The notes beneath the pieces were generated by a model. It was given only the letters and a program-made list of their open reading frames with translations, did not search any database and was not told the DNA's origin. Below are positions 12,943-29,195 of a DNA stretch of 64,000 nucleotides, piece after piece. Both the position numbers and the translations under genes were made by a program. The stretch is taken from assembly GCA_000165425.1 (NCBI GenBank), contig CT868038.1, forward strand, positions 1 through 64,000, read 5' to 3'. Every line of letters begins with the position of its first letter. The stretch's first letter is position 1. Origin of the DNA: Paramecium tetraurelia (Eukaryota).

Positions 12943-13003
12943 AATGCATTTAATTATGAGTGACAGTATATATCAGCCAAAATATATACAAAATTGTATC
13001 ACA

Positions 13004-13087
13004 GCCTGTTTGCCCGAGCTGGTTAAGGGGGCAGACTTAAGATCTGCTGGAGCCTACTCCGCGTCGGTTCGAATCCGACAGCAGGCA
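13004..13087 (+). tRNA. tRNA-Leu (anticodon TAA)
   Basis: Acceptor GCCTGTT..AGCAGGC-A, anticodon arm GCAGA-ct-TAA-ga-TCTGC, long variable arm GGAGcctaCTCC, T arm GGTTCGAATCC, downstream T run. Confidence 0.97.
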
Positions 13088-13149
13088 ATTTTTATTTTTT
13101 TTATAACTTAATACAAGTGAAATTAATATTAATTAATATTTACTTAAAT

Positions 13150-14125
13150 TCTAGTAGAAAACATTTCATCTTTAAAATTATAGAAGGAATCATTAAATAA
13201 GTGGATTAAGTAGTTTTTGTTTGCGTTGTTGTAGGAAAATAAAACTCCTTCTGAAATTGAAGAGAAATAGAAGCAAACAATAAATTACTTAAAACAATAG
13301 AATTTATGTATCAAATATATACTGCTAGTGGTAATCATTTAGTTATATAATATTAACTCATTTTTAACTTTAGAAATTATTTTAATAAAGAAGATTTATA
13401 ATAAATAAATAGAAAAACAAAAATAATAAATTGAGTAAACTTCATTGGTTTATTAGAGGATGCTATAAGGGATACAACTTAAAAGTTAATATTCCAAAAA
13501 AGTAATTAAAAGTTATTGAGACGTTGTAAGAGGAAACATAAATTAATGATCTATTTTTAATATCTCACTCTAATTAGTCATTGTTTGGCTAGGGATATCC
13601 AAATCATATCATGAAAAGAACATAATGAGGGGAGAAAAGTTAATAAAAAATACTATAATCTTCAAAAAACATATGATATCTTAATTAATATAGAATTTTA
13701 GATATGTTGCTTCTCTATTCTTATACTCTAACATCTTATTGCAATGTTTATTAAACTATAATTTCTCAGAAAACATCTCACTAATGAAACAGATTATTAA
13801 TATATCAATAAAAGAAGACGACGATTAATTTAATACTAATGAATGTAAAATTAGGATAAATTAATAAAATAAATATAATCGAATAGCTAGAGCAGAATCA
13901 TGTAAAAAATGGAATAGGAACCGGAATAATCATAAATGAATTTGAGAATTGAACAAAGAAGAAAAAATTAATCTACACAAACCACAATTGATTAGGAATC
14001 AAATTATAAATGTTTATAACATCTAAGGCACAGCATACTAAGAGAAAAGAAACAAAACCAGAAAAGCAAGAGAGTGAATCAGAGGTATAAAATAAATACA
14101 TAATAATTTTTGCATCAAACTTTGA
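13150..14125 (+). CDS. Hypothetical Q/K/E-rich protein or remnant
   Basis: Coding-like purine-rich composition with open stretches. Start not identified. Confidence 0.22.
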
Positions 14126-14163
14126 TTAATTACGCAAAAGTTTTATATTTATTATTCAAAATA

Positions 14164-14460
14164 ATGGATTAATTCTTAATTGGCTAATTAATGAAAATAG
14201 AATAAAATACTTTTTATTAAATGCAAACTTAAAGCAAGCAAAAATATTTGGGTTAAATTTCTATTTGGAGTCTTTTATAGAATGGTTGTTTCACTATGAA
14301 TACTTAATTTTTTTACTTGATAGATAGGATTCTACCTTTTAAATTTATTTCAGAATATCGATTTATTGAAACCCTTAACTTATAAGGGAGAAGTTTGAGT
14401 TAATCATCTTATGGCTAATCTTTCGAGACTGAATAGGATTTGTCAACAGCTCAAGATTGA
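14164..14460 (+). CDS. Hypothetical ~98-aa protein
   Basis: ATG 14164 to TGA 14460 is open in the ciliate code. No motif recognised. Confidence 0.25.
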
Positions 14461-14646
14461 TATGTTTATTTTTTAGTTTGTTGATTATTCATCATAGAAA
14501 TGATATGAAAAAGTGTATATATTGTGGATAAAAATACTTATCGTAATTAAAGAAATAAATAATGATTTAATTATTAAATAAATAATCTCGGATATTTATA
14601 TTAAAAATGTATTTAATAAATTATTGTTTAAATTTATTAAAAAGTT

Positions 14647-15131
14647 ATGCTGGTGGATTCAATGGATTAGTCAACTCATAAAACAAAATGTGAAAGTGAA
14701 TGTTTAAATTTTAATTAATTAGGATTAGAACCAAAATATAATCTAAAAATGAACTATAAACTCGAGGTTAGGAAATAACATCTTCTCGCCTAGTTCCTTT
14801 AAGCTAAATTAGATGATACACATAGGTGCATAGCAAGGCTGTCAAAATAAGTATCCAATAATGAGGTATTTGTATAACTTATATTTTAATTTATTAATTG
14901 CTCGTTATTATTATTGTTGTTATTTTAATTTATTTATATTAGGTATTACATAAACGAATCTCGAGAAAGAATTGCATAATGAAACCTTTCAAATGTTCTA
15001 ATTGTGCACACACTTATTCTTCAAAAGCAGCTCTAAAGCAGCATCAGAAACTAAAGCATTCTTAAGAATAAACTCCAATCACTCAGCCCTTAGATCAATT
15101 AAAAGTAGTTGAACCATTAATTGAAATATGA
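14647..15131 (+). CDS. Small C2H2 zinc-finger protein
   Basis: KPFKCSNCAHTYSSKAALKQHQKLKH. Frame continuity needs a 27-nt intron and a 77-nt intron (14866-14942). Confidence 0.8.
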
Positions 15132-15266
15132 AATTAAGTTTGTAAACCCTTATGTTTCTTCATCGTATAATTTTGGAGATTTATAAAATTCTGATTAAAA
15201 AAACCATATTCTAAAATTTAACTTAATATTTAAGTTTAAATAATTAATATTAGTTGTGCATCTAAA

Positions 15267-18414
<3,148 letters not shown>

Positions 18415-18431
18415 TATTGTTAACATATAGT

Positions 18432-19035
18432 TCATTATTTCTTCTTATTCGAACCAATCAATTTTTATGCTTTCAACACTAATTATTTGTGATAGTCTAT
18501 AAGAGCACTAGTAGATAATTTAGATATGGGAGTGTTCCTAGTTCCTTTCTTATCAGAGTCTCCATTAAACGAATACAGTAAATAACGACTATTTGTCGAA
18601 GGTGTGCGTGTCGGAGATTTTGGAGATGTGTCTACTTTCGGTATGTGGCTTTATCGTCTTGATATATAAGGATTGTGCAAAGGTTTTTAAAACCTAGTTG
18701 CCTTATTGCCCAAATGAGGTTGCGATAATACTCTTGCTCTATTTTACTAGAAACTATTGGAAATTGGATGTTTCTGATCTAGAAATTAGGTTAAGTAAGT
18801 CTTCATTTCATTTGATTCTTACCTCCATATTTTTAGGGTTTTGCATGCTCATCATAATCAGTTATTAGAGTCGACTGCGTTCATCTTAGTAGTATGATTT
18901 GTTGGTGCTGCTTGTGTTCGCTTTCGTTGATTGCTTTGCCTCACGATCTGTCCGCATTTTGGCCGATTTAATCATCACATAGTGCTCTTTGGTTGTAATT
19001 AACATATAATATATTGCATAATTAAATTTATTCAT
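18432..19035 (-). CDS. Hypothetical low-complexity protein
   Basis: Open frame with one 22-nt intron (gtaagaatc...gaag), ending ...IGSNKKKQ*. Start codon ambiguous. Confidence 0.5.
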
Positions 19036-19486
19036 AAGTTATTTGAAACAGTACAATTATCTAATTTATTACTCTGAACTAAAATACAACTTCATCAATT
19101 CAACTTCGCTCCTTACAATTTAGAATCAATTCCAACTTAAAGTAAATGCAATAAATTGAAAAAATAATAATGTGGAAGTTGAACTACTTATTATTATTTA
19201 AAAGAGTAAAAATTAAAAATCGCATCAAATATCGATTATTTTTCTTAAATTAAAGTATTCAATAAATCAAAGGAAGACGATGCATAAAATGATAATTGAA
19301 AAAAGAGATCCAAATATTATTCAAATTATATCTAATATTTCAATATCGATTATATCGAATTCTCTTCATGAATGTAGTGCTAATTTCATTCACCTATGTC
19401 TTTAAGTCCTTATTATAATAAATATAAAAAGCTTTTGTGTATGTTGAAATTTTATTATTTTTAATTGATATTATAATAAAATAAAT

Positions 19487-19952
19487 ATGTCACAAGTCGA
19501 TAGAGAGTTAGATTAATTATTTGAATTGTTTAAAGACAAAAAGACAAAGCTATTTTCAGTTGACTAATTTATTGCTTCATTGCAATCAGCAGGTATTGAA
19601 ATTGTTAATGATCTAGACTTGACTCAAAGCACAAAGATTTTATAGGAAAGAATAGCTTAATTAAAAAAATAGCAATTAACAAAGCAAGAAGTACAGCAAT
19701 TGTTTTAAAACGATATAAAAAATGTAACGAGATTAATAAATATAAGAGAGAGATGTGAGTCTTGCAATATTCAAATCCATTTAGAAAAAAGACTAAAGCC
19801 ATATTACTGTTGACGATCTCATTCTTCTTAATAAGAGTCATAATTTAGGCTACAGCAATGATCAATTGAATTTCATTATGAAATATTTAGGAAGATAGAA
19901 TCAAATAACAAGTGATTAATTTGTTCAATTGCTTCAATAATAGCAGAATTGA
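19487..19952 (+). CDS. Divergent EF-hand (centrin/calmodulin-like) protein
   Basis: ELDQLFELFKDKKTKLFSVDQFIASL and AIFKSIQKKDQSHITVDDL...LGYSNDQLNFIMKYL...ITSDQFVQLL. Two short introns. EF loops are degenerate. Confidence 0.65.
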
Positions 19953-20067
19953 ATATTATGTTGAAATAATATACAATATATCAATATTTTTATGTTCTCT
20001 AGCATTACTATTTGTATTAAGTCGCCTCATTTTATACAAAACAAGAATACAATAATTGTTAAATATA

Positions 20068-21176
20068 ATGATTTAAAATTTTGATTTAAAAGCTGAAATT
20101 CAGAAGTATCAATTTAAGCATTCATTACTATTGGAAGTATTAGTTAATAATGAGAAAAAGATATAACCATAAACATTTTTAGACGTAAACATAATTATTC
20201 AAATATCTAAAGCTAATACAAAATTACAATAATTCCCAGATTGATGATCTCAAATTCATTAAGGAGTATAACCAATATCTATACAAAAATGAACTATCCA
20301 TATAAGATTCATATATAGTGTATAATGAAGTCATTCATAAGAACTTTGATAAAATTGAATTATAAATTAGAAAGATAATAGATTTGCTATCCTTGATACA
20401 TTAATAACTAAATCTTAAAATTAAGTAATTGGAATAGTATGAGGAAGTTTATATAATTTTAGATGATGAGAAAGTTGGATATTTGTGTGAGGATTAAGTG
20501 TTGTTTTTATTTTTTAGTTTATTCTTAATAGAGAAACCAATTGAATAGAATATTGATATATATGCATGTTTCAAATCATTTTGGTTGGGGATACAGTAAT
20601 ATAATAAAGTAATTAGTGCTGTTAATTTAGGTGTCATTTAGAACTTTCAAATAGTTTTTATTCAAACAACATTACAATTCTGATATTATAATATAAAATT
20701 TAAATAGAATTTTAACTATGTTTGAATTGGAAAGAGTTCCAAATATAAGGATGGACATTTTGAAGTATTTAGCAGCAAAATATCACTATGATAATATCAT
20801 TGAAATTGCTGTAGAATTATTGATAAAGTTACCGATTGAATATGCTAATGTTGAGAAGATCAATAAAGAAAACGAGGAAAATATATTCATATCCTCCTTT
20901 ATCAAGCTGTATCATTTGGCAATCATTAAGTATTTATGAATTTAATTTTATATGTATATAGAGAAATTTAGACAATGTTTTATGGGAGAGTAAATTTAAT
21001 CACAAATCATTGAACAAAAGGAAAGAGATCAAAATTGGTTTTACAGAACATTTATCAAAAATAGTCATAGGATTAAGCAACAACCAAACCAACCAAAGAC
21101 TATTAATGTTGATCTTACTATATTTTCAAAAGAATCTCCCACAAAATAACGTTAAAGAAAGGACATGTATAAGTGA
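20068..21176 (+). CDS. Hypothetical protein
   Basis: Long coding frame from ATG 20068. The 3' end is ambiguous (TGA at 20939, ~21013 or 21176 depending on splicing). Confidence 0.45.
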
Positions 21177-21187
21177 AGTATTGAAAG

Positions 21188-22337
21188 TCATTTTTACAGA
21201 ACTCCATTAATCCATTCTCCTTGAGTTTGTTTACCATTCTATTCAAAAATTATTCCTCTTCCATGCATCAAACCATTACTCCAAAAACCAACATATCTTC
21301 TACCATCAGGCCATTCAAATGTTCCAAGACCACATTTCTAATTTTTAAAATACCATCCTGAATACTTTTTCCCATTTGGCCAACTAAATTCTCCTTCACC
21401 ATGCATCATATCATCTCTAAATTATCCAATATACTAATTTTATGATTATTATTATATACTTTTTTGCCATTTGATTTCACATATTCACCAAATCCATCCA
21501 TGCAATTATTAACAAACTCTCCAACATAATGTGATCCATCAGCCCAAATAAATGTGCCTCTACCATGTTTTTTTCCCAACACATAATCACCTTCATATTT
21601 TGCTCCATCTGCCCACACTTCACTTCCTTTTCCGTATTATTTATCACATTTCCACTCTCCTTAAAAGACACCCCCATTATTTTTTCTATAAACTCCATAC
21701 CCTTCCAATCTACCTTCATTGAAATTACCTTCATAGAAATCCCCATTTTAATGAAGGAATCTCCCATAACCATGTGGTTAATTCATCCTCCAATCTCTAA
21801 TTAAATGTATATGCAAGATCAATACCCTTCATAAATGGAGCCATTCTTGTAGTAATATCTTCCCTTTCCATTCCTCCTACAATTTACAATTTCCCCTGCA
21901 TAAATTGATCCATCCCTATATTAATAAACTGCAAAGTCTTTTATCTCAAAACTTTCAAGTGGTTCCATTTCATCAAATTTACAACTAGATAATTGAGGTT
22001 ATGCAAGTTCTATAAAAGTTAAACTGTCTTAAGAATTAATTTAAACCGGCTATTACTGTAACGAATTTTCCTAATTGATAGTAAAACCAGGTTTTCTCTT
22101 TTAATAGTTTTTCCTCTATCTGTATCCCTTCCAATTTTTTTGAATCTAAATTGCTTTTTCTGAATATTAAATATCCTTCTTTCTTTGTGATTCATAGTTA
22201 AAATTAGAGATGACTTATTAAAAGTTTTTAGGGGAGCTGTGTGCTGAGAGCATATTTTCCTATTTGTTGCTTAAATTGATTTCCTAATTATTAGATGATA
22301 ATTAGGTACAACAAGAATTATTTTGAATAGAACCCAT
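21188..22337 (-). CDS. IQ-motif and MORN-repeat protein, N-terminally acylated
   Basis: Starts [12 protein letters not shown] motif [12 protein letters not shown]. Multiple MORN repeats such as [34 protein letters not shown]. Confidence 0.92.
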
Positions 22338-22392
22338 ATTTTTATTAAAATATTCAATAAATTATATTAATTTTAAATGTTTTTATAAGATC

Positions 22393-22710
22393 TCAATCAA
22401 ATTCATCATCTTCCTCATCATCATCATCCTCAACTTCCTGTGCTAATTAACCCAACTTAAAAGATAAATCTTATTCAAATTTTTTGGAATACAACTAAGA
22501 ATGTTTGTTTAATAATTATTCCATATTTTCAAATACTTCATTGTATTTCAAAACCTTTATTCCTTTATAAATGTCGCACTCTAAATCCAACTCCTCCCCT
22601 TCCAATGTAATGATCTGTACTTTTGTGATGGTATTCACTGTTTCACCAATTTATAGTTTGGATACATAGTTAAACTTGATATATTCTTCAAATTCTTTAT
22701 TGAAATCCAT
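22393..22710 (-). CDS. GSKIP-like (DUF727) small protein with acidic tail
   Basis: Intronless 105 aa. VQIITLEGEELDLEC...EVFENMEQLLNKHSQLYSKKFEQDL fits the GSKIP/DUF727 pattern. Confidence 0.65.
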
Positions 22711-22799
22711 TTCTAATTAAATTATATATATATAATTGATAAAAAAAAGTAGATTTTCATCCCACATTTGATAAAAATGCCTAACTAATACAAACTCAA

Positions 22800-23515
22800 T
22801 CAAAAATATTATTCTCTTACTCCCTTTAATCCTTCCTATAAATTTCGAATTTTTACTACTTGGTTCTCATTTATAGTTTATATATTTTAAATGCTCTATT
22901 ATAATAATATTATATAATACACTAATTCTTCTACAGTTTCCAATTTTAAATATCTTTTTATTTTTGTTCTTATTTAGCAATTTAACCTTCTCAAGAAATC
23001 TTAAAAATTGATGTTCCTTAGATTTCTTATTCAAATAAACATAACAATCAGCGGTTCTGTAATAAACTAAATATAATTGATGAAGCCACATACCGTCAAT
23101 CAGTTCTGAATATTTGACACTCGAGGAGTTTATTATCCAAAAATGAAAATGAGTCTCCTTGGACTCTGAAAATTCCAATTTCGAACAATACTCCAAATGA
23201 TAATTTTTCTTAGGCTTTCTAAATGCTCCACAATATTTAAACACTTGGTCAATTTTATCGAGATTGTCTACAACTAATACATTGATGTTGCTCTGCTCCT
23301 TCTTCTCTTATTCCTCCTCAAAGGATGAAGTCTATGAAATGTTAATCACATAAAATTACATTTGTGTCTTTTTCTGAATTATCAAGTCCTCTCTACTAGC
23401 CCGCAATTTCTTATTGTGTCCCATAATATACTAGTTCTTATTGCCAGGACATTTTGGCTAGTTAAATATACTCTTCAAGGGAATCTGCATGCAAGGCTCC
23501 TAATCTTTTACGCAT
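22800..23515 (-). CDS. Degenerate small-GTPase-fold protein (Rab-like pseudo-GTPase)
   Basis: Three clean introns. FHFWIINSSSVKYSELIDVYYRTADCYVYL and IFKIGNCRR align by eye with the Rab WDTAGQE...YYRGA and LVGNK segments. No P-loop. Confidence 0.55.
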
Positions 23516-23588
23516 ATCTGAATTTGTTATTTTTAAATAATAAATTATCCCAATATATTTGTGCAATCAATTTCAAATAAAAACATAC

Positions 23589-26500
23589 ATGTATAATCAA
23601 TGCTAAGTTTAGGTAATTCAAATCTCCAAAATCAAGGAAATTCAAATAAAACAGGAATCCCTTCAAAGAACCTCCCATCATTGTGTTTACAAGTGAAACT
23701 CCATCTCACAATCAAAGTAACATATTCATTGTCTATACAATCAATTCAGGATCACAATCTAGTGTATTCTAGTCAAACTAGTCCATCAAGAAGAACCTAA
23801 GATCAACAAGTTAAAATAGATGCAGAATTAAGACCGATCAACAAATTCACTTTTCATTATCTTCGCACAAATACAAGAATAAAGACTCTACTATCTCACT
23901 ATGTTCTTCCTTCAACCAGACGAACTCAAAACTACTAAAATATAATCACTCTACTAATTTTCAGTTTAGTAATTTTATTCATATATTTATTAGTTGATTC
24001 AAATCAACAGTAAAATAATATAGACCCTTTCGATTTAAAATTAGGGAAGAGCTTGTTTAAATAAGACAGAATCCAAGAGGCATTGATAATATTCGAAAAT
24101 TATTTGGTATCTTACGGAATCCATCCTGAAGCACTTTATTTATCAGCACTTTGTTATCAACAACAGAATCAATATGATAAATTGATATAATAATTAGAAA
24201 AATTGATTTCCGTATTCCCAACATTCCAAAGGGATGCTTATTTGATATTGGCTAACACTCTGGCTTAAATGAATAGAATTCAAGATTCTATCAACAATTT
24301 AACGCTGGCAATCAGTAATTTTAATAGATTTTATGATGCAGTATTATTAAGAGCATAATTGTATTTAAAGTCTAAATTTACACATAAAGCTATATAAGAT
24401 TTTAATTAATTAATTTTAATTAACCCAAAAAAATCAATCGCGTATCTTGGTTTAAGTGATTGCTTTGCATAATTGAACTAATTGCAATTGGCTTTCAACA
24501 ATTTGAATAAAGCTCTTTAATTAGATTTAGTGTCCAATCCTAAACCAATAATAATAAAACTATTTTGGTTATTTTTTGATGTCTCAGATTACAGACAGTC
24601 AAACTATTACTTGGACATTTTAAAATAGATGTATTCAGAAGATTCAGAATCCGCGTATTTAAAAGGGCTTTGGTTCAAGAAACAAAGTACGAATATATCC
24701 TATACTAGATCATACTTAGGAAGCTTATCTTGCATTTGAATAGGCAGTTTAGTACAACAATAATAAATTATGCACTACATATGCACTTTTAGAAATAGTA
24801 AAACTTGAAATTGATAAAAACAATTATTATTCTGCTTCTCATTATTTAGAAAGAAAGGTAATTTTAGATGTTTTTAATGATTAATTTACATAAATCGATC
24901 TCTTTGTAGAAGGAACTCTACTCCTGATGAAAAAATAATTTGATAAAGGTGTCGAATCTCTTTCCTAAATGATGTTATATACTAAATAGGAGGATTCATT
25001 AAAAGTCTTAGCTTTACAATTTCGAGCCTATGGATATTTTTGCTTGTCAAATTATCGTCAAGCTCTAAAAGATTTATTAGAATGTGATCAAAACTTATTA
25101 GAAAAAGTAATCTCCCAGTAATAACATAGGCATCTGTTTATAATATATTGTTGTGTCGAGCCATATTAAAATTTGAAGCAGAGGAACTGGATTCTAGCTA
25201 TCAGCTTTTTTCAGAGGCATACGAGGTATTCAAAACTAAGCAAGAACCATACTTTTATTAAGCTACACTATTAATAAGAAAATATTGTATAAATATTAAT
25301 GAGGATAATCGAATTATCTATTTAAATTAAGCCTTAGAGAGTCTATAGAAGGCATTATCGATTCGAGAATCACCAAATGTATTATTTTATAAAGGGATTT
25401 TGAACTTTGCATTAGGCAATCTTGATTAGGCAGAATAGGATTTAGAATAAGCGATTGAAAATTTTAATGAGAATTAAGCATTACACTTCTATGTAAGAGG
25501 ACTATTACGTAATTGTCTCAAATAATATGAAATGGCTATTTTGGACTTTAAAAGTTGTTTGCATATGGAACCAGAAAATTTATAATCTTATTTGAATAAA
25601 TGCAGAGCAGAAATTCATATAGGTGATCTCGAAAATGCCTACCTTGATCTAATGAAGTATGTTGAGAATTGCAAGGAGGAGAATCTCAATTATTAGGTGA
25701 TTGGAATGCTATTTTTTTATATTGGAAGTTTCGAAGAAGCCATTTTCTCTTTAAACATGGATTCAAGCATTGTTGGCCAATATCTAAAGATTAAGGTATT
25801 AATTTTCAACAAAGAGTTGAGTCTGGCTCAATCAGAGTTGCAATTGATTTCAGAGAAGAATTAGAAGGCTATGGCAGATTTTTAATTAGTAAGAATTCTT
25901 AATTTAATGTGTTCGGGTGAAATTTACACAAATTTATAAGACAATATCTCTGTGTTAAGTGGGATATAAATGAATGGATAGGAAGGCGAAATATTCAAAT
26001 AATCCCACATATGGTTTTATTATTGTGTATTGCTCACATATAAGGGGGAATATTAATTGGCCCAAGAGTTTTTGAATCTTTCTTATGAATTGGAGAGAAA
26101 ATCAGAAAATTTTAATAGTAATGATTTTGGGAATCAGATCTACACCTTCAAGGAATATCTGTTTAATAGTGCTTTACTAAATTTAATGATGAATAAAATG
26201 ACAGTGGCTATAGAATTATTAAATACTTTATATGATTAATTAAATTATATGGAAGAGAAAGTTGAATTGTAGATATTTATAAAATAGATAAAAGACGACT
26301 TGCAGGATACGGATAAGAATAAAAAACTAATCACTTACGATGAATTTTATTTGTTTCAGTAAAAAAATCGGCTTAGTTCACTTTTTCCAGTATTGCAGTT
26401 GCCTTTGAAGAAATACAATGTAACAACCAAATTGTCCTTTTGTTTGCCTAGGATTGAGTTTCCCTCTTTAGAATTCGTGTTCGATGAAAAAGTGCTTCAA

Positions 26501-26698
26501 AAAATTTCGGTATCTTTTCTATGTTAGGACTAGCCGTATGTAGTAGAAAATTATCCTGAGGCCCCATGGATCAAGAGGATTAAATAGGCCATAGTATTCA
26601 CTGACAATTTGAGATCGATAGGTGAGGATTTGGAATCTACGATAAGAGAGAAGGAAGAAATTAAGGAAATGAATTAGGTTGAATTTGATGATGAATGA
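23589..26698 (+). CDS. Large TPR-repeat protein
   Basis: Many TPR-like helical repeats (EALYLSALCYQQQNQYDK, LFYKGILNFALGNLDQAEQDLEQAIE, FYVRGLLR). Several short introns. The ATG appears to be formed by splicing. Confidence 0.85.
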
Positions 26699-26871
26699 AT
26701 AAAATTACTGAAAATAATATTGAGTTTATTAAATAAAGATTAAATTAAACATTTGAGAAACGATAAATTTGCACCTTATTTATACTCAAATAAAATGTTA
26801 TGCTAATGTAATTGCTGATATTTGAGCAGTTTTAATCTTTTTTCATCTAAAATTATAAATAATAATTATTC

Positions 26872-27180
26872 ATGGGATAGAGTTGTTGCAACAAGTAAAC
26901 TGTAGAATTGAGTAATGAATAAATGACAGATTGGTGTTAAAATATCGAGGGTGTTAATTTTTGTGAAAATTTGGATGATATTATTCACTCAAATGACTTT
27001 AATTCTAATCATGGCAGAATACTGAGCTCCCAAATAATATTTACATTTTAACAGTAGCCACCTCCTACTCTATCGTAAGAGAGTAGTTGTTACGAAAAAA
27101 TGAACAGTATTTAAAAGTAAAATTTGGACGAGGACAGTCCCACTTTCAAGGGTCAGAGATGCTTATTGTCGGAGAAATGA
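26872..27180 (+). CDS. Small hypothetical protein with N-myristoylation/palmitoylation signal
   Basis: Intronless 102 aa starting MGQSCCNK. Confidence 0.65.
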
Positions 27181-27482
27181 GATGAATTTGAAATTACTTA
27201 TATTTTATTCTTGAATGTATTTCATGTTCTTTTTGAGGAATTAAAAAGCTTACGTATATAGATATAATAACCAAATATATACGATTTTGAAAAATAATTA
27301 AATATTTATTATGTGCGATTAAAAAAAGAGCATTTGGAGGAGGACCAATTAACTGAAGGGTGTTAATTTATAAGATGGCAAATTTAGGGAAGATCTGAGC
27401 GAGTCAATATTTGAAGTTAACGATGATTAATTTGTATAAATATCTCAATTTCTAATAATATATATATTATATAATTATACCG

Positions 27483-29177
27483 ATGGGGTGTGGATCAAGC
27501 AAAGGTGAAGAAGTAGATAATCCGAATAAAAGTACTGCTATGAGTTCTATGTTTAGTAAAGGATGTGGCACATTTCAAAATTTCATCCTCGGGCATGGTT
27601 TCGGAAAAACATGGATTAATCACTAATGATTACACTCTCCTGAAACCTCCCATCGGAAAAGGTATAATTAAGGATAAAAGAAGGTGCTTATGGGGAAGTT
27701 AGAAAAGGGGTGCATAAGGTCACAAATTAAATCAGAGCCATAAAAGTGATTTCAAAGGAAAAAGCAAGCAAGATGGAAGTCGAAAGATTACGAATCGAAA
27801 TAGAAATTCTCAAAAGATTAGTAAATCTACAATTCGAAAATAGGATCATCCCAATATTATTAAGATCTATGAGTTCTATTAGGATAGTAAAAATATTTAT
27901 ATCGTGACTGAATTATGCACTGGAGGAGAACTTTTCGATAAGATACAGGAATAACAGTCTTTCTCTGAAAGGAAGGCTGCTGAGACTCTGAAGCAGATAT
28001 TGAGTGCAGTTAATTACTTGCACAAGAGTAAAATAGTGCACAGGTACGAGATTAATGTGATTTGATTTAGAGATCTTAAACCAGAGAATATTCTATATGA
28101 GTCCTCCAAACCATAAGCTTTGTTAAAGATAGTGGATTTCGGAACCAGTCGCATGTTTGAATAAGGTTACAAGATGAACCAAAAACTAGGAACAGTAAAT
28201 TAGAGATTCTTAAATTTAGCCATATTATATAGCACCTGAAGTTTTGGAGAGGAAATACGATGAAAAATGTGATGTATGGTCTTGTGGAGTAATATTATAC
28301 ATTTTGCTTTGTGGAATTCCACCATTCAATGGAGAAGAGGACGAAGAGATCCTCGAATCTGTGAGAGAAGGTCAATTGACATTTGATGGAGAAGAATGGA
28401 ATCAGATATCTTATGAAGCTAAACTATTGATCACTAAGATGTTGGAGAGGGATCCAAAGAGAAGGATCAGTGCGGAACAAGCCTTAAGGGATCCTTGGAT
28501 TACAACCTATGTCAAAAAAACAGAGATGGATTTGCCACAACTAACCAAAGTTTTGAATAATCTCAGGAATTTTAGAGTGGAGAAGAAGTTTTAGGAGGCA
28601 GCATTAACCTTCATGGTCAATCAAATGGCTACCAGTCAGGAGAAACAGGAGTTGTTATAATAGTTTTAGGCTCTGGATTTAAATGGAGACGGAAGATTGT
28701 CAAAGGATGAACTCATTTTAGGTAATATTCAGCTGTCATTTAAGGTTATGCGAAGGTTATGAGTTATACGGATGCTGAATTGGAAGTAACCAAATTGATG
28801 AAGCAAATTGATCAGGATAAGAATGGAAGTATTGATTATTCAGGTATTGTAAAAATTATTATAGATTTTAGAATTTGTGTTGGCTACTTTCAACAAGGTC
28901 AAATTGTTGGAGGACAAACGATTAGAACAGGCGTTTCGATTGTTTGATAAGGATGGAAGTGGATCAATATCGATCGATGAAATCAAAGGCATTTTTGGAT
29001 CAGATGAAACTGCAGTCAGTGACGAAGTGTGGAAGGAGCTGTTGGCTGAAGTGGATGCTAATGGAGATGGATCTGTAATTGCGTTATTGCTATGTTTAGA
29101 TCAGCTTCTAGGAGTTCAAAGAAATTATTGTTAAAGCCATAAATGTTAGTTATTCAGATTAAAAACCCATAAAATGA
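27483..29177 (+). CDS. CDPK: Calcium-dependent protein kinase (kinase + 4 EF hands)
   Basis: MGCGSS start, GKGAYGEV, HRDLKPEN, DFG, YYIAPE, CDVWSCGV. EF hands DLNGDGRL, DQDKNGSI, DKDGSGSI, DANGDGSI. Multiple short introns. Confidence 0.97.
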
Positions 29178-29195
29178 TTATATATTATATATTTA

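Noticed and set aside
13004..13087. tRNA with TAA in the anticodon loop as a stop-suppressor or Gln tRNA
   Set aside because: Anticodon TAA reads UUA (Leu) and the long variable arm fits tRNA-Leu. A UAA-reading tRNA would have anticodon TTA.
19050..19450. Open plus-strand frame between two genes
   Set aside because: No suitable start codon or motif. Consistent with chance in AT-rich DNA with a single stop codon.
21010..21210. Apparent overlap of a plus-strand ORF with the MORN gene
   Set aside because: Depends on an unlikely splice choice. Other frames end before 21188, and long open frames are expected when there is only one stop codon.
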